A stretch of 64,000 bases of DNA from a virus (lineage: Duplodnaviria > Caudoviricetes): the IMG/VR virus record IMGVR_UViG_3300014159_000001, positions 6,199 through 70,198 of that record; one strand, written 5' to 3'. This document shows, piece after piece, positions 55,845 to 64,000 of the stretch. A program made the translations under genes and the position numbers. The notes under the pieces are model-generated. The model did not search any database. It saw only the letters and a program-made list of their open reading frames with translations, and was not told where the DNA came from. The first letter of the stretch is position 1; every line of letters begins with the position of its first letter.

Positions 55845-58800
55845 ATGAAAAAGTTCCTAGCCGGCGCCTCTTTCGCGCTCTCCCTCGCGCTTCTCTTCGC
55901 ATCTCGGGCGCTCTCGCAGACCGTCACGGCGGTCTCGATCGAGCCGAACGGGTGGGTCGCGGACATCACGATCTCTGGCTTCAACGTCGGCGGGAACTAT
56001 GCGGGCAACACGAGCGCCTACGCGCCGCTGATAACCGGGACGAACGGGAACCCGACCTCCGGGACGAACTACGTGACATTCACGGTCGTCCGCGACGCCT
56101 ATAACGACTCGAAGGTCCTCGGGACGACCACCAAGACGATCTACGCGACCCGGCCGCTCCGCTGGCCGTACAGCACAAACTCGTACCCGGGAACCTTCAC
56201 GTCCGGCACGTTCGTCGCAGGCGAGACGGCGACCAACGGAGGTGGCGGGACCGGGATCGTCGTCGTCAATCAATCCGCCGGCGCGAAACTTTACCTCAAG
56301 GTGACCTCCGGCTCGATCACGGCGAGCAACTGGACCGGCGGAACTTCGGGCGCGGTTTTCGCTGCGTCCTCCGGAACCGGGACGGCGCTCAGCTACGCGG
56401 ACATGGAAACCTTCGACGGAACGAACACGACGATCCGCGTCGCGCTCTCGGACTACATCTATCAGGAGGACAGCGCCTCTGGAGGCTCCACTCCTTCCGG
56501 AACAGACCCGACCGTCAACGTCCTCGCGAACACGTACACGTCGGGCGGGACCGGGAACACGGCCTCGTCGTCGACCTTCGCGGTCACGAACAACTCGACG
56601 GTGGCATATCAGCCGGTCATCTCGAACTGGAGCTGGCCCGGCCTCTCCGTCTTTACCGGAAACCTCACGCTCCGCGCTCTCGCCTTCCACCAGAGTGGCC
56701 AGCAAGGCCGCCCGGTGCGCGTCGTCAGCTTCACGGCGACGGACGGGACGACGCCGGTCACGGTCGACGTCACGGCGCCGACCTACGACGCGACGGTCGG
56801 GGACGCGAACCCGGTCGTCGAGTACATCGGGACGATAACGCCCTCGGGCTCGTGGGCTCAGAACGCGACGATCACCTGCAACTACACGGCGTATCCTTGG
56901 GAGGGCGACCCGACGACGCTCGGGACCTCGACCGGCGGGACTCAGCCGACGCCCGTGGCGGCTCCGTTGACGTTCATCTACGACAAGGTGAGCGGGACCT
57001 ACGGGACAACGGTCGCCCGCGTCGACTGCACCTCGAGCATCGCGGGCTCGTACACGTCGGGGACCTTCGTCGACCGGGAGACGGTCACGCAAGGGACGAC
57101 AGGCGCGACCGCGATCGTCATCGGGGTTCAATCGTCGGGCTCCTCGCTCCTCGTCTGTACGGTCACCGGCTCTCCTGACAGCAACTCGGGCCACACGTGG
57201 GTCGGCGGAACGTCGAGCGCGATCTTCGCGCCGACCGCGATCCCGTCCGCCAACGGCAGCGACTCCGGGGCGAACACGGTTTATGACGCCGGGTCCTACA
57301 ACGCGACGACTGCCTACCGCTTCGCGACGATCGGCAAGGCCGCCGCAGCGATCGGGACCTACAACAACTCGAACCACTCGCGGAACGACGTCGGCGCCGG
57401 GATAGTCTACCTCGAGAACGGCAACCACCTCTGGGTCGGGAGCTCGAACACGTACGGCGGCGCGAACCCGAAGGTCTGGATAACGATCACGTCGAACACG
57501 GGGAACGGGGCGACGCAGGCCGGGGCGCACATCGCGAACGCCTCGGGCAACAAGACGATCCGGGACCGGATGAAGTTCAGCAACGTCACGATGACCGGGA
57601 CGGACGCGACCGGGACGGTCACGGGCGCCTCCTACATCTGGGCGGACCAATGCATAATCAACAGCACGTCGAACGTCCTCTTCTACATCAACACGGTTTG
57701 GAACCTGACGCGTTGCACGATCCCCGCGTTGCACCAAGGCATCAACGCATACTCGACGCAGAACGACCCGACCGGGATCGTCCGCGGAAACAACCTCAAC
57801 GGCTTCACGGGGGCGACGGGCCAGAACGTCGCCGGCTTCGTGATCATCGGAAACTCGCACACCGTCGTTGACACAGCCCAGAGCTGCGTCTTCGGCCCGG
57901 CCGGCACGTCCGTCGTCCCGGCGAGCATGACGATCATCGCCTACAACAAGCTCCTCGGGATGTACGCGAACACGATCGTAGACTTGAGCCTGCCGAACAG
58001 CTCGGCGATCGCGGGCGGCTGCGCGATCGTTCAGAACTTGATCGAGAACGTCTACAACGGGAGCATTCAACTATCGGTCCTCTGCGCCGACGCTTCGACG
58101 GCCGGCAATAACAACAACTACCTAATCTGGAACAACACCTTCGTCGGGCAGCGCGTGAACTTTGCCTATAACGACAACAGCACGAACGCGCCTACGCGGT
58201 ACTACTGGAGCCTCAAGAACAACGTCACGGAGAACCTCAACATCAAGACGGACTCGTTCGCGACGCAGAGCGGTCTCCGCGTCGCCAACTGGCCAGTGCT
58301 CTACGGCGTCAACTTCTCGGGCAACTTCAGCATCGAGGCGACTGGGATCGGGGCCCCGGGAGCCTTTATGCAGGAGTGGCCGGGGCTCAACGATTACACC
58401 CCGGCGATAAGCTGGGGCGGCGCCCAGCCCTTGAACTCGGCGAAGAACACGCAGGCTTTCATCGCGTTCACGAACCGGGCAGCGAACACGGGCTCGGCCA
58501 ACGGGGCCGGCGACGGCGACTACACGCTCCAAGCCTCGACGCCGAACGTGAACATGCAGCGGGACTACTTGATTCCCGTCGACCTCGCGGGGACGTCGCG
58601 GCAGACGACGATCAGCGAATCGGCCGGCGCTTACGCGGGCCCGACTCCTACGCCGACTCCCACACCGACGCCGACCCCAACGCCTAGTCCGACCCCGACG
58701 CCGAGTCCGACCCCGACGCCGAGTCCGACGCCGACGCCCTCTCCCACTCCGACGCCGACTCCTTCTCCTACGCCGACTCCCACGCCTACGCCGACCCCTA

Positions 58801-59243
58801 CTCCGACTCCGACGCCGACGCCTTCCCCGACACCGACCCCGAGCCCGACGCCGACGCCTTCTCCTACGCCATCGCCGACCACGACCCCGTCTCCCACGCC
58901 AACGTCCGCTCACGTGATCGGATCGACCCCCTACTTCAACTGGGCAGTCTCGAACTCCGCAGTCTTGGCATACCCGAAGGTGGCGATCATCGCCGGCTAC
59001 AACGTCGGGAACCCGAACGCGTCGACGGTCTACCTACAGCTCTTCGACGCATCGAGCGCCGTCGGGATCGTCCTCGGCTCGACGCCTCCGAAGTTGTCGC
59101 TCGCGGTTCCGACCACGGGGCTCAACGGCCTCCAGACGGACGGCCCGGGGTTCGTCAACGGGATCGTCATCGCGGTGACGACGACGCCGACGGGCAACGG
59201 CGCCCCGGCGAGCGCGATCCCGGTCAGCCTCTTCCTCAACTGA
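55845..59243 (+). CDS. Large secreted protein: repeats, probable beta-helix, PT linker, conserved C-terminal domain
   Basis: Signal peptide [25 protein letters not shown], duplicated 'SGTFV..ET.T' module, Asn-rich beta-helix-like region, about 90 aa PT linker. Confidence 0.75.
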   Translation: MKKFLAGASFALSLALLFASRALSQTVTAVSIEPNGWVADITISGFNVGGNYAGNTSAYAPLITGTNGNPTSGTNYVTFTVVRDAYNDSKVLGTTTKTIYATRPLRWPYSTNSYPGTFTSGTFVAGETATNGGGGTGIVVVNQSAGAKLYLKVTSGSITASNWTGGTSGAVFAASSGTGTALSYADMETFDGTNTTIRVALSDYIYQEDSASGGSTPSGTDPTVNVLANTYTSGGTGNTASSSTFAVTNNSTVAYQPVISNWSWPGLSVFTGNLTLRALAFHQSGQQGRPVRVVSFTATDGTTPVTVDVTAPTYDATVGDANPVVEYIGTITPSGSWAQNATITCNYTAYPWEGDPTTLGTSTGGTQPTPVAAPLTFIYDKVSGTYGTTVARVDCTSSIAGSYTSGTFVDRETVTQGTTGATAIVIGVQSSGSSLLVCTVTGSPDSNSGHTWVGGTSSAIFAPTAIPSANGSDSGANTVYDAGSYNATTAYRFATIGKAAAAIGTYNNSNHSRNDVGAGIVYLENGNHLWVGSSNTYGGANPKVWITITSNTGNGATQAGAHIANASGNKTIRDRMKFSNVTMTGTDATGTVTGASYIWADQCIINSTSNVLFYINTVWNLTRCTIPALHQGINAYSTQNDPTGIVRGNNLNGFTGATGQNVAGFVIIGNSHTVVDTAQSCVFGPAGTSVVPASMTIIAYNKLLGMYANTIVDLSLPNSSAIAGGCAIVQNLIENVYNGSIQLSVLCADASTAGNNNNYLIWNNTFVGQRVNFAYNDNSTNAPTRYYWSLKNNVTENLNIKTDSFATQSGLRVANWPVLYGVNFSGNFSIEATGIGAPGAFMQEWPGLNDYTPAISWGGAQPLNSAKNTQAFIAFTNRAANTGSANGAGDGDYTLQASTPNVNMQRDYLIPVDLAGTSRQTTISESAGAYAGPTPTPTPTPTPTPTPSPTPTPSPTPTPSPTPTPSPTPTPTPSPTPTPTPTPTPTPTPTPTPSPTPTPSPTPTPSPTPSPTTTPSPTPTSAHVIGSTPYFNWAVSNSAVLAYPKVAIIAGYNVGNPNASTVYLQLFDASSAVGIVLGSTPPKLSLAVPTTGLNGLQTDGPGFVNGIVIAVTTTPTGNGAPASAIPVSLFLN
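58640..58905 (+). repeat. Coding (Pro-Thr/Ser)n repeat
   Basis: [10 protein letters not shown] array. Confidence 0.9.
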
Positions 59244-59247
59244 TCCC

Positions 59248-61662
59248 ATGAAAAGATTCCTCGCGGTTCTCGCCCTCTCGATCGCGGTCGCGGGCCCGGC
59301 GCTCGCCGCGCCTCACACCTACTACTTCTCGCAGAACGGGTCGGCACCGTTGACGCAAGGGACCTCCGGGAACCCGACGAACGTCTCGGTCTGGAACGGG
59401 TCCACGAACTGGGGCCCGGTCGCCGGGACCGTCGGCAAGATATGCCCGGGAGACACGCTAGTCCTCGAGGGGACTATCGCGAGCACGCTCTACTTCTACC
59501 AACAGGGCAACGCGACGGACGGCTACATCACAGTGCTATTCGACACCGGGGCGTGTTTCAGCGCGCCGGTTCTCGCGACCGGGGCCTTCAACTTCAACAA
59601 GATGGACTGGATCATCATCGACGGCCAAGGGGCCGCGGGGATGGGCGGCACCGGGACCGTCGGACACTCGACCGGGACCTACCCAAACTGGGGCGCTTAC
59701 AACGGGTATATCGAGAACACGGACAATGGGACGCTCCTCGGCAACCAGAACACGTCGGCCGCCTTCATCTATGTTGGAGACGCGGCGAACTTCATCATCC
59801 GCAACTTGATGTTCCGGAATCAGTACGTTCACGTGCCGAACTCGATCACCGACGAGGGAGTCAACAAGGCATTCGCGGCGATCCGCTCGGCTCCGACCAC
59901 CGCCGGGGATTCTAGCAACGGCGAGATCACGAACTGCCTCTTCCACGACTGCGTCAACTGCATCTGGCTCTCTTATTGGGGCGTGACCTCCGGTTGGAAG
60001 GTCCACAATAACGCCGCATACAACTGCAACTGGTTCGTCGGCGCCGGCGACGCCGAGACGGGGTCGACCCTTACGAGCTCCAAGTTCTATCAGAACACGA
60101 TTGCGGACTTCTCGATCTGGGACGACACGGGCGTCAACAACAACACGAATGTCGTGAACGGCGGCGGCGGCTACTACGTCGGAGACCCGATCATTCCGAT
60201 CCAATCCGGAGGATCGGGCGCGCAGTTCCACGTGCAATCCCTCGCACACGGGGGACAGGGTCCGGACGCGGTCGCGTCGGTGGTGGTTGACAACCCCGGC
60301 GGCGGGTACGGGACGACGACCTACGGCGTCGCCACGACGGGGGGCCAAGGGAGCGGATTGACGCTGATGCTCAACGTGACGAACGCATATCACCACGACG
60401 GGCTCATTCTCTGGGTCACCAACGCAACGAGCACCATGGATCACGTCTCCGTCTATCAAAACGTGATCGGCTGGCAATCCGGCGCCCGCTGGGGTAGTGG
60501 AACTTGCTGGGGTTCCTCCTCGACCGCGGGCATCTATGTCCCGGATGGTTACGGCGGAGCAAACGGGAACATGATCTTCGACAACATCCTGCTAGCCGGC
60601 TCGACGGCCACGCCCGATTATCCGAAGGACGCGCTGATTTACATAGATTTTTACGGAACGGTCGGCTCCGTACTCGTGGCCAACAACGATTTGATCGGAC
60701 TCGGGACCGGCGTGGGCTTCACCGTTTTGGCGCAGGGCACCGTGCCGTTCCCGAACCCGCTGGGCGTCGTCACCTTCGAGAACAACATAATGCAACGAAT
60801 GACCGGCGAGAACATCGAGACCTACGCCGGCATCACGATCAACTCGGATTATAACCTCGGCTACCTCCTCCGGGCCGGATTCGACATGTCATACACGCCG
60901 AGCGGCTCATCGAAGTTCGAGACTTGGCAGAGCACGACCGGGCAATGGCAGAACCTCGACCTGACGGTCGGCGGCGGCGGCTCGCCGAACCCGCCGGACT
61001 CGCACAGCGTCGCCGGCGGTCTCCACGGCACGATCGCTCCCGGGATAGACCCGACCTCCTTCGTCCCGACCTCGGCCGGGTCAAACTGCGTCGGAGCCGG
61101 GACGAACCTCTCGGCATACTTCAACTTCGACGCGGCCGGCAACGGTCTCCCGACGACGGGCCCGTGGCCGATCGGCGCGTTCAACTACTCGAGCGGCGGC
61201 CCGACGCCAACGCCTACGCCAACACCCACGAGCACGCCCACGCCGACCCCCTCCGCGACCCCGACTCCTTCACCGTCGCCCACGCCCTCCCCGTCGGCGA
61301 CTCCCTCGCCGGTTGTCCCGGTCGTCGGCGGCCGGGTCTACTTCAACGGGGCGGTCTCGAACACGCCGATCCTCGCGAGCTCGGGCCCGACGATCCTCGC
61401 CGGCTACAACATTTCGGCGACGACGAACGTCTCGAACGTCTACCTCCAGTTCTTCGACGCGGCGTCCGCGGGGTCCGTCTCGCTCGGGACGACGGTCCCT
61501 CGGTTCACGCTGACGATCCCGCCGTCTCCTCCCGGAGCGATCGACGGACTCCAGACAACCGGGCCCGGGTTCGTCAACGGGATGGTCATCGGAGCGGCCA
61601 CGACGCAGACTGGAGGGACCGCGCCGGCGGCCGCGATCTCGGTCACCCTGATCCTCAACTGA
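59248..61662 (+). CDS. Large secreted right-handed beta-helix (pectate-lyase-like) protein with PT linker and conserved C-terminal domain
   Basis: Signal peptide MKRFLAVLALSIAVAGPALA, 'TYYFSQNG...PGDTLVLEG', and repeated 'I.N..F/V.NN' turns. Confidence 0.75.
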   Translation: MKRFLAVLALSIAVAGPALAAPHTYYFSQNGSAPLTQGTSGNPTNVSVWNGSTNWGPVAGTVGKICPGDTLVLEGTIASTLYFYQQGNATDGYITVLFDTGACFSAPVLATGAFNFNKMDWIIIDGQGAAGMGGTGTVGHSTGTYPNWGAYNGYIENTDNGTLLGNQNTSAAFIYVGDAANFIIRNLMFRNQYVHVPNSITDEGVNKAFAAIRSAPTTAGDSSNGEITNCLFHDCVNCIWLSYWGVTSGWKVHNNAAYNCNWFVGAGDAETGSTLTSSKFYQNTIADFSIWDDTGVNNNTNVVNGGGGYYVGDPIIPIQSGGSGAQFHVQSLAHGGQGPDAVASVVVDNPGGGYGTTTYGVATTGGQGSGLTLMLNVTNAYHHDGLILWVTNATSTMDHVSVYQNVIGWQSGARWGSGTCWGSSSTAGIYVPDGYGGANGNMIFDNILLAGSTATPDYPKDALIYIDFYGTVGSVLVANNDLIGLGTGVGFTVLAQGTVPFPNPLGVVTFENNIMQRMTGENIETYAGITINSDYNLGYLLRAGFDMSYTPSGSSKFETWQSTTGQWQNLDLTVGGGGSPNPPDSHSVAGGLHGTIAPGIDPTSFVPTSAGSNCVGAGTNLSAYFNFDAAGNGLPTTGPWPIGAFNYSSGGPTPTPTPTPTSTPTPTPSATPTPSPSPTPSPSATPSPVVPVVGGRVYFNGAVSNTPILASSGPTILAGYNISATTNVSNVYLQFFDAASAGSVSLGTTVPRFTLTIPPSPPGAIDGLQTTGPGFVNGMVIGAATTQTGGTAPAAAISVTLILN
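61201..61315 (+). repeat. Coding (Pro-Thr/Ser)n repeat
   Basis: [19 protein letters not shown] array. Confidence 0.88.
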
Positions 61663-64000
61663 TGAAGCTCGAGCTCGAGCCGGTCGTCGCCCCCGCGGAG
61701 CTCGAGGACGAGCTCGAGGCCGAGCTCGCCCGCTGGTGGTGGGAGACCCTCTTCCGGCCGCTCCTCGATCTCTTCGGCGAGCCGCGGGACAACGCCGCGA
61801 AATATGAGGAGGGGAAGCATCCGCGCGGGGGCGGTGGAAAGTGGAGCAACAAGGGCGGCGGCGAACCGTCGAAGCCGACGTTGACGCCGGCGGAGATCGC
61901 GAAGGACGCGGAGACGCGGAAGCGGCTCGAGAGCGAGCACCCGGACTGGTCGCCCGAGGACGTCGAGCGCAACGTGATCTGGGCCGCAACCGGCTTCGAG
62001 GGCGATCCGACCCCGAGCGAGCGCCCGAAGCCGAGGTCGGTGAAGGTCTACCACGGCTCGAACGTCGACTTCGAGGAGTTCGACGAGAAGAAGATCGGCG
62101 AGCACGACGAGGGCTGGCTCGGCCGCGGCTTCTACTTCTCGACGGACAAGAACGTCGCGGCCCCGTACGCGTTCAAAAAGTCCGCGACCCTCGAGCTCGC
62201 CAACCCGTTGACGGTCGAGGCGGTCGACTGGAAGACGGACAAGAGGTCGATCATCCGGAAGGCCCTCGGCCTTCCGAAGGACGCGTCCGCCGCCGAGGTA
62301 ACGGCCGCGGCCAAGGCGCGCGGACACGACTCGGTGGTCTTGGATTACAGCAAGAGCGGCTATCACCATCAGGAGATCGTCGCCTTCGACAAGAAGCAAA
62401 TCGGAGGGCTGCGAAAGATAGGCGCTGCGAGTGCCGAGGAGAAGCTCGCCGACGAGCTCAACGAGCGCCGCTGGTACCACGGCACCGGCGGCACGTTCTC
62501 CGGACCTCTCAAACCGAGCAAGCTCGGAGCCGTAGGGCCGGCGATATACCTCGCGCGAGACCCGGAGAATGCCTCCGAGTACGCCTTCCGCTTGTCCCTT
62601 CCTCCGCAGGCTCCGAACGTCCGGCCGGTCATCCTCGAGCTCGAGAAGACGTTCAAGATCTCGGAGCTCAACAAGGCGTCAGAGGAGTTCTTCAAGCACT
62701 TCGACCCTTCCGGGAAGCTCGAGGACGAGGAGGTCGTCGCGATCGCGCGCAAGCAAGGCTATGACTCGGTCTACTCCGAGCGGGAGCGCGAGCTCGCGGT
62801 CTTCGATCCGGAGAAGATCAAGTCCGCGATCACGCGGCAGAACGCCCTCCCTGATTGGTTCCCCTTCCCGTCGCACGTCGGGTCGCTCGGGATGGCACGG
62901 CAAGATCTCCCGCAAATCCGGTCAGAGGACCGGGACGCGCTCGTCTCGTTCCTCGAGACGCGCGGGATCAAGTCGCACCGGGAGACGTCCCGGCCGGACG
63001 CGTACCGGCCGACGCAGGGCGGCTACTCGACCGTGAACCTACACCTCGCCCGCGTCCGGCAAGGCCCGGACCGGCCGATCCTCGTCTCGCACGACCGGCG
63101 GATCTTGGACGGGCACCATCAGTGGTTCAAGAGCCTTCTCGACACGCCGCTCGAGCGGATCGACGCGATCGTCTTCGACGCCCCGATCCGGCGCCTCCTC
63201 CGGGAGGCCGCCCGGTTCCCGGGGGCGGAGAGGGCGAATGCGGTCCCGGACTCTGACCGGCTCGTCGCCGCGGTCAAGTCCGGCCGGGTTTCGTACGCGG
63301 ACGGGGTCTTCTCGGGGAGCTTCTCGGCGCCCGTCTCGAGGGCTCTGCGGGCCCTTGGCGCCCGCTTCGACAAGGGGGCCAAGGTCTACCGCGTCGACCC
63401 GAAGACCCTCCCCTACGGGCTGCGTGGGGCCCTCGGCGAGGCGCGGGCGAGGGCGAAGCGGCTTCACGAGGAGATCAGGGACCTCGCGGCGTCGATCGGC
63501 GAGAAAGTATCAAGTTTTCCGACGCTCGGGATCGAGCTCGAGCGATTCGCGAGGGCCCTCGTCGGGAGCCTCGAGTCGAGCTTCCGGGCCTCCCTCGCGG
63601 CCGCGGCGCGGTCCCAGCCGGCGCTCGAGGTCGTGACGGCGCCCCCGGACTTCTCCCCGACGATGATCGCCGACGTCCGGGAGACCCTCTCGGAGAACCT
63701 CGCCCTCTCGGTCAAGACGTTCACGGACGGGGAGGTCCTTAAGCTCCGAGAGCTCGCGGAGGCGAACTGGATGGAGGGCGGCCGGGTCGACCGGCTCCGG
63801 GAGTTGATCGAGGAGCGGTTCGCCGTGACGCGGCGGAAGGCGAAGTTCCTCGCGGTTCAGGAGACGTCGATGGTCGCGAGCGAGTTCGCGCGGGCCCGCG
63901 CGCAGGAGATCGGGAGCTCCGAGTATGTCTGGCACTGCCGTCAGGACAACCGAGTCCGGCCGGATCACCTCGAGCTCGACGGGACGACGCAATCATGGGA
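61662..64000 (+). CDS. Head morphogenesis (MuF/SPP1 gp7-like) protein with two ART-like and one ParB-like inserted domains; runs off window end (not in ORF track)
   Basis: TGATG-coupled start, frame open to 64000. MuF core 'RRKAKFLAVQET...EYVWHCRQDNRVRPDHLELDG'. ART-like 'VYHGS...GRGFYFST...QEIVAF' and 'WYHGT...GPAIYLA...RELAVF'. ParB-like 'RPTQ...PILVSHDRRILDGHHQW'. Confidence 0.85.
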   Translation, partial: MKLELEPVVAPAELEDELEAELARWWWETLFRPLLDLFGEPRDNAAKYEEGKHPRGGGGKWSNKGGGEPSKPTLTPAEIAKDAETRKRLESEHPDWSPEDVERNVIWAATGFEGDPTPSERPKPRSVKVYHGSNVDFEEFDEKKIGEHDEGWLGRGFYFSTDKNVAAPYAFKKSATLELANPLTVEAVDWKTDKRSIIRKALGLPKDASAAEVTAAAKARGHDSVVLDYSKSGYHHQEIVAFDKKQIGGLRKIGAASAEEKLADELNERRWYHGTGGTFSGPLKPSKLGAVGPAIYLARDPENASEYAFRLSLPPQAPNVRPVILELEKTFKISELNKASEEFFKHFDPSGKLEDEEVVAIARKQGYDSVYSERERELAVFDPEKIKSAITRQNALPDWFPFPSHVGSLGMARQDLPQIRSEDRDALVSFLETRGIKSHRETSRPDAYRPTQGGYSTVNLHLARVRQGPDRPILVSHDRRILDGHHQWFKSLLDTPLERIDAIVFDAPIRRLLREAARFPGAERANAVPDSDRLVAAVKSGRVSYADGVFSGSFSAPVSRALRALGARFDKGAKVYRVDPKTLPYGLRGALGEARARAKRLHEEIRDLAASIGEKVSSFPTLGIELERFARALVGSLESSFRASLAAAARSQPALEVVTAPPDFSPTMIADVRETLSENLALSVKTFTDGEVLKLRELAEANWMEGGRVDRLRELIEERFAVTRRKAKFLAVQETSMVASEFARARAQEIGSSEYVWHCRQDNRVRPDHLELDGTTQSW

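Noticed and set aside
17401-61315. PT repeats as CRISPR arrays or non-coding satellites
   Set aside because: They are in frame, synonymously varied codon repeats encoding Pro/Thr/Ser linkers, with no repeat-spacer structure and no cas genes.
154-63996. Many long ORFs in the track on the minus strand or in alternative frames (e.g. 154..1875, 8962..10314, 11170..12900, 54512..55984, 55857..58070)
   Set aside because: These are Arg/Gly/Asp-rich shadow frames of real high-GC genes, with no motifs or RBS. The exception is 33238..33792, kept because it has a LAGLIDADG motif and replaces non-homologous helicase sequence.
1-64000. Integrase, repressor, att site, tRNA genes or alternative genetic code
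   Set aside because: No recombinase motifs or tRNA cloverleafs were recognised. Conserved genes read through cleanly under code 11. Lifestyle cannot be determined from this window.

Overview
This is a roughly 68-70% GC segment (by eye) of a contractile-tailed dsDNA phage, with nearly all genes on the + strand and many coupled by ATGA/GTGA overlaps. No integrase, repressor, tRNA or host housekeeping gene is visible. Gene order: tail sheath, tube, chaperone, tape measure, baseplate and fibres (1-18.3 kb); an atypical lysis-position cluster with a papain-like protease and a class-3 lipase (18.3-22.2 kb); a structured non-coding gap (22.2-22.9 kb); a recombination/replication block (annealing protein, Rad50/SbcC-like ATPase, UvrD, SNF2 helicase) plus many small ORFs (22.9-43.2 kb); TerS and TerL (43.2-48 kb); a methyl-/glycosyltransferase cluster (49-54 kb); portal; two large secreted Pro/Thr-linker proteins; and a MuF head-morphogenesis protein that runs off the window end. 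A VPDSG-CTERM-like surface protein suggests a Verrucomicrobiota host (inference). The most striking observations are: (1) a LAGLIDADG homing endonuclease encoded antisense and entirely inside the uninterrupted SNF2 helicase ORF, with no intein or intron signature; (2) five fibre- or decoration-like proteins that carry Sec-type signal peptides, three with mucin-like PT linkers, alongside a phage glycosylation cluster; (3) a MuF protein carrying two ADP-ribosyltransferase-like domains and a ParB-like domain, delimited by a repeated R-x-N-A motif. All family assignments come from motif recognition by eye, not from database searches.
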